32,000 nucleotides of DNA from assembly GCF_021054785.1 (NCBI RefSeq), contig NZ_CP088239.1, positions 30,001 through 62,000 of the forward strand, read 5' to 3'. This document shows positions 29,021-32,000 of the stretch, in pieces. Position 1 is the stretch's first letter. The number at the start of each line of letters is the position of its first letter. The notes under the pieces are model-generated. The model worked only from the letters and a program-made list of their open reading frames with translations. It had not been told where the DNA came from and did no database searches. The position numbers were made by a program, and so were the translations under genes. The DNA comes from Tannockella kyphosi. Its GTDB lineage: Bacteria; Bacillota_I; Bacilli_A; Erysipelotrichales; Coprobacillaceae.

Positions 29021-30025
29021 ATGAAAAAATATTGTGAAGAATGTGGATTTGAAAATGAAACAAAAATAGTTATAAAAAAAGAATCTTATGAGGTTTGTGG
29101 AGAAACAATAGAAGTAAATGCAAGAGTGTTGACATGCCAAGAATGTGGAGAAGAGTTTTATTGTGAAGATCTTGATAGTGAAACATTAGTTAGTGCATAT
29201 AATGAATATCGTAGAAGACATAAACTTTTATTTGCAGAGGATATAAAGAAAATTAGAGAACAATATGGATTAAGCCAAAGAAGTTTTGCAAAACTTCTTA
29301 ATTGGGGTGATAAAACAATTCATAGATATGAAAATGGTTCAATACAAGATAAAGCACATAACAGTTTACTGCTTTTTTTAAAAGAACCAGAAAATATGAA
29401 ATTATATATTAAGGAAAATGAAATTTCTCTAAATGATAAACAAAAAGATAAGTTATTGAAGTTAATTGATAAATTAGAAGAAGATAGGGGGTATCGAGAA
29501 AAAAATAATTTTTTTGAAATGCTTTTTCCAAAAGAATTATCAGAAGAAAATGGATTTAAATGTTTTGATTATGAAAAAGTATGTGCTATGGTTCTTTTCT
29601 TTGCAAATAAGAACACAGAATTATTAAAAACAAAACTTCTTAAATTACTTAATTATGCAGATATGATTTATTATAAGGAAAATGGTGTTTCTATTACTGG
29701 AAGTAGATATATCCATTTACCTTATGGACCAGTCATGGAAAATTCTGATATTTTATTTGGGAAAATGACAGATGATCATATTGCACGAATTGATGTTATC
29801 TATGAGGGAAAGTATGAGAAACATCAAGTTGTCCCTGAAGAACTATTTCCAGAAGGTGTACTCACAGATGCTGAACTATCTGTTTTAGAACGTATATATA
29901 CTAGGTTCGTTGACTTTGGATCTGTAGAAATATCAAATTATTCTCACGAAGAAAAAGGATATGCTTCAACAAAACATAGAGAAATTATTTCTTATTCTTA
30001 TGCAAAATATATAGACTTGCATTAA
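29021..30025 (+). CDS. MqsA/YgiT-type zinc finger, XRE-family HTH and DUF4065 (Panacea/SocA-like) antitoxin-type protein
   Basis: 334 aa. CEECG ... 31 aa ... CQECG (YgiT-type finger, about 29021-29185). IKKIREQYGLSQRSFAKLLNWGDKTIHRYENG (XRE HTH, about 29228-29395). KLLKLLNYADMIYYKENGVSITGSRYIHLPYGPV (DUF4065 core, about 29570-29930). AGGAGG lies 8 nt upstream. Confidence 0.85.
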   Translation: MKKYCEECGFENETKIVIKKESYEVCGETIEVNARVLTCQECGEEFYCEDLDSETLVSAYNEYRRRHKLLFAEDIKKIREQYGLSQRSFAKLLNWGDKTIHRYENGSIQDKAHNSLLLFLKEPENMKLYIKENEISLNDKQKDKLLKLIDKLEEDRGYREKNNFFEMLFPKELSEENGFKCFDYEKVCAMVLFFANKNTELLKTKLLKLLNYADMIYYKENGVSITGSRYIHLPYGPVMENSDILFGKMTDDHIARIDVIYEGKYEKHQVVPEELFPEGVLTDAELSVLERIYTRFVDFGSVEISNYSHEEKGYASTKHREIISYSYAKYIDLH

Positions 30026-30051
30026 GATATTCTATAATACTAACTTAAGAT

Positions 30052-30084
30052 AAAAAGCTTGTAGACATGGTCTATAAGCTTTTT
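30052..30084. terminator. Bidirectional terminator between convergent genes
   Basis: AAAAAGCTTGTAGAC (30052-30066) / GTCTATAAGCTTTTT (30070-30084), 15 bp with one G-U wobble and a 3-nt loop. Overlaps the PPC gene stop. Confidence 0.6.
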
Positions 30085-30467
30085 ATCATTAATTCTTCAT
30101 ATCCTGAATTTTCATCCATTTCTCTAGTGAAACAATATTCTTCCATTTCTAAAATCACTATCTCACAAGTTGTATTCACAAGACAACCATCCATTAAGTG
30201 ACCACCAATTGTACATAAATCATTATCACTTAAGGAAATATGCAAATGACTACCATGCAATGAAACAGTACCCATTAAAGATACTATTTCATAATCTTTC
30301 TTATCATAATGCAACGTTACACCATCTGCTTTACGAATACAAACAGTGTGGATACACCCAACACCAGATAAAATACATCCAGCTTGAATATTATTTTCTA
30401 ATACATACTGATCTATTTTTTTCATTATATCATCATTATAAACCAATCGAAAAACATGTGTTTTCAT
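30072..30467 (-). CDS. PPC (DUF296) domain protein
   Basis: 131 aa. ILSGVGCI ... GSHLHISLSD ... GGHLMDGCLVNTTCEIVI matches the remembered DUF296/PPC pattern (GxxHxHxSxxD ... GGHL ... EI). AGAGGAG SD. Confidence 0.6.
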   Translation of the reverse strand: MKTHVFRLVYNDDIMKKIDQYVLENNIQAGCILSGVGCIHTVCIRKADGVTLHYDKKDYEIVSLMGTVSLHGSHLHISLSDNDLCTIGGHLMDGCLVNTTCEIVILEMEEYCFTREMDENSGYEELMIKSL

Positions 30468-30492
30468 AAATAGAACTCCTCTTTATTTTATT

Positions 30493-30520
30493 AAAAAAGC
30501 ATTCATTAGAATGCTTTTTT
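30493..30520 (-). terminator. Intrinsic terminator after the TPM gene
   Basis: AAAAAAGCATTC (30493-30504) / GAATGCTTTTTT (30509-30520), 4-nt loop. Overlaps the TPM stop. On the minus strand it is followed by TTTTTTAATAAAAT. Confidence 0.65.
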
Positions 30521-31289
30521 AGAATTTACCACCACGGCCACCGCTACTTCCGCCACCGCCGCCACGGCCACCGCCACCACCATTGTTTTTAGGTTTTACG
30601 GTTTTTGATACATGGCTGTATAAGAAACGATCATTGCTATCGGTAAGATTAAATGTTTCTCTAGAAAGATAATTTCCAGCACTATCATTAGCACGAATTG
30701 TGTTCATTTGTTTTGATAAGCTAACTACGTATAATATAGAAACAACAACTGAACCAACAACAATATAAATAAGATATTCAAAAATATCAGTAAATTCTTT
30801 ATATTCATGACTATATGTATAAGGAGTATCTGTTTTTGCTTCTTTTACAAAAAGGGAACTATAGTAAACAAAATCATAAAATCCTTCATCATAATCACCA
30901 CTACTAAAATCAGAAATAACTTTTTCTTCCATCTGGTCAAGGCAATAATCATTAATCGCAAAATCGCCATAACCTTCAGTAGAAATATACCAATCTCTTG
31001 TATCAAGAGAAAGAACTAAAATAACTCCATCACTATCATTATATAACTGAGTATATAAATCATCTGTGTAAGAACGCATGGTTACTTCACTACCATAATC
31101 ATCCACAGTTACAACACAAATATCAAAATCATATGTTTCTCTTACTTCATCAATAATCTCTTGCATTGCAGTTTCACATTCGCTAGAAATTAAATTAGAT
31201 TCATCATATATGTCTGAAGCATAGGTTGGTAAAATGCTACAACAACAAACAAATAGACAACAAGTAAGTGCGCTTATTACTTTTTTCAT
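30519..31289 (-). CDS. TPM-domain (YgcG-like) membrane protein with Gly/Arg-rich C-terminal tail
   Basis: Signal peptide MKKVISALTCCLFVCCCSILPTYA, TPM-like domain (DICVVTVDD ... DGVILVLSLDTRDWYISTEGYG ... SGDYDEGF), TM YLIYIVVGSVVVSILYVV, tail GGGGGRGGGGGSSGGRGGKF. ATG 31289 lies 1 nt after the upstream stop. The track start 31325 is an extension. Confidence 0.8.
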   Translation of the reverse strand: MKKVISALTCCLFVCCCSILPTYASDIYDESNLISSECETAMQEIIDEVRETYDFDICVVTVDDYGSEVTMRSYTDDLYTQLYNDSDGVILVLSLDTRDWYISTEGYGDFAINDYCLDQMEEKVISDFSSGDYDEGFYDFVYYSSLFVKEAKTDTPYTYSHEYKEFTDIFEYLIYIVVGSVVVSILYVVSLSKQMNTIRANDSAGNYLSRETFNLTDSNDRFLYSHVSKTVKPKNNGGGGGRGGGGGSSGGRGGKF

Positions 31290-31290
31290 A

Positions 31291-32000
31291 TTAGAAGAAC
31301 CAAGCAAATAGTGTACCAACCACACTACATGCTACCATGCTTTTCATAAAATAAGTAATACACTTTGTACGATCAATAGGTAACTTACCAACAAATTTAC
31401 CTGTTTGTCCATTCATTGCAAAAGTATACAATTCATCTTTATAACGAGTATTTAAAATCCATACAGGTAATAAAGCATATTGAATTGTTCCTTGTTCAAT
31501 ACGAATGTTTTTATGATCCACATGAACTGTATTATAACCAGTTACTGTTCCTTGTAATTGGTTTGTAACACTATTTGTGATACGAGTATTAATACGTTGT
31601 TCATTATCAAGGCAAGTAACATCATATTTTGATGCTAGATAACCAGATAAAAAACCAGTATTGAAAGGTACTGCTTTCGTATAATCAAATGGTTCAATAG
31701 ATTCCATCATTGTATCATCCATTTTAATAGAACCATCGGCAGGAACTTTTTCAAATCCCATTGTTCCTTTTCTATGGGCAGCATAATATTTAGTTTTCGT
31801 ATAAATATAGTTACGATCACTCCACGTATTTGAACGTGTTGCTTTAAACATCACATCTCCAGCACTAGTACAATCATATAACCAGAAAGGAACATAAAGT
31901 CCTTGAACTTCTTCAATATGATTATCTGTTTTAAAGCATCTAGGTAATAGTTTTTTTCCTTTTAAAAAGTTAGATAAACTATTAATTGCTTTTTCACGAT
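31291..32000 (-). CDS. C-terminal part of a membrane-anchored protein of the (remembered) zinc-ribbon family; N-terminus off window
   Basis: The frame is open from 32000 to the stop at 31291, and the track's GTG 31854 is internal. Reads REKAINSLSNFLKGKKLLPRCFKTDNHIEEVQGLYVPFWLYDC ... IEPFDY ... LSGYLASKYDV ... YALLPVWILNTRYKDELYTFAMNGQTGKFVGKLP, ending in a TM (MVACSVVGTLFAWFF). Resembles a Clostridia/Erysipelotrichia family that I recall carrying N-terminal zinc ribbons. Confidence 0.65.
   Translation of the reverse strand, partial: REKAINSLSNFLKGKKLLPRCFKTDNHIEEVQGLYVPFWLYDCTSAGDVMFKATRSNTWSDRNYIYTKTKYYAAHRKGTMGFEKVPADGSIKMDDTMMESIEPFDYTKAVPFNTGFLSGYLASKYDVTCLDNEQRINTRITNSVTNQLQGTVTGYNTVHVDHKNIRIEQGTIQYALLPVWILNTRYKDELYTFAMNGQTGKFVGKLPIDRTKCITYFMKSMVACSVVGTLFAWFF

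Noticed and set aside
30529-30582. Conspicuously GC-rich tract with an internal direct repeat of about 30 nt (CCACGGCCACCGC at 30532 and 30562) in otherwise AT-rich DNA.
   Set aside because: It is explained by coding. It is the minus-strand GGN/CGT run that encodes the GGGGGRGGGGGSSGGRGG tail typical of TPM/YgcG proteins. The frequent GGC codons are atypical for this genome, but nothing indicates a separate element.

Overview
AT-rich (about one-third G+C by eye), standard-code, low-GC Firmicutes-type chromosome; the gene content suggests Erysipelotrichia or Clostridia. I found no rRNA, tRNA, CRISPR array, transposase or integrase. Positions 1-19.6 kb are housekeeping: a partial pduL, glutamate synthase gltBD, the c-di-AMP operon cdaA-cdaR-glmM, an OmpR-type two-component pair, an Fe-S aldo/keto reductase with a DUF3842 protein, a 7TM GGDEF cyclase, a compact tgt-queA-queH queuosine operon on the minus strand, and a RumA-family rRNA methyltransferase. 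Four gene junctions are TAATG stop/start overlaps. From 19.6 kb the content looks accessory. It starts with a decayed DUF1016/YhcG nuclease fragment and an intact class II Fic protein just after the methyltransferase. Next come two HAD hydrolases flanking a metallophosphoesterase with degenerate active-site motifs, an untracked 35-aa zinc-ribbon ORF, and an OpuC-type osmolyte ABC transporter with CBS domains. The most interesting stretch is 26.8-32 kb. It holds an operon of three single-pass membrane proteins, two of them paralogs with N-terminal zinc ribbons. It also holds a separately promoted MqsA-type zinc-finger/HTH/Panacea (DUF4065) antitoxin-like protein with no recognisable toxin, a PPC/DUF296 protein, and a translationally coupled pair of a zinc-ribbon-family membrane protein (N-terminus off window) and a TPM/YgcG protein. 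All family assignments rest on motifs read by eye and remembered family signatures; no database search was possible.
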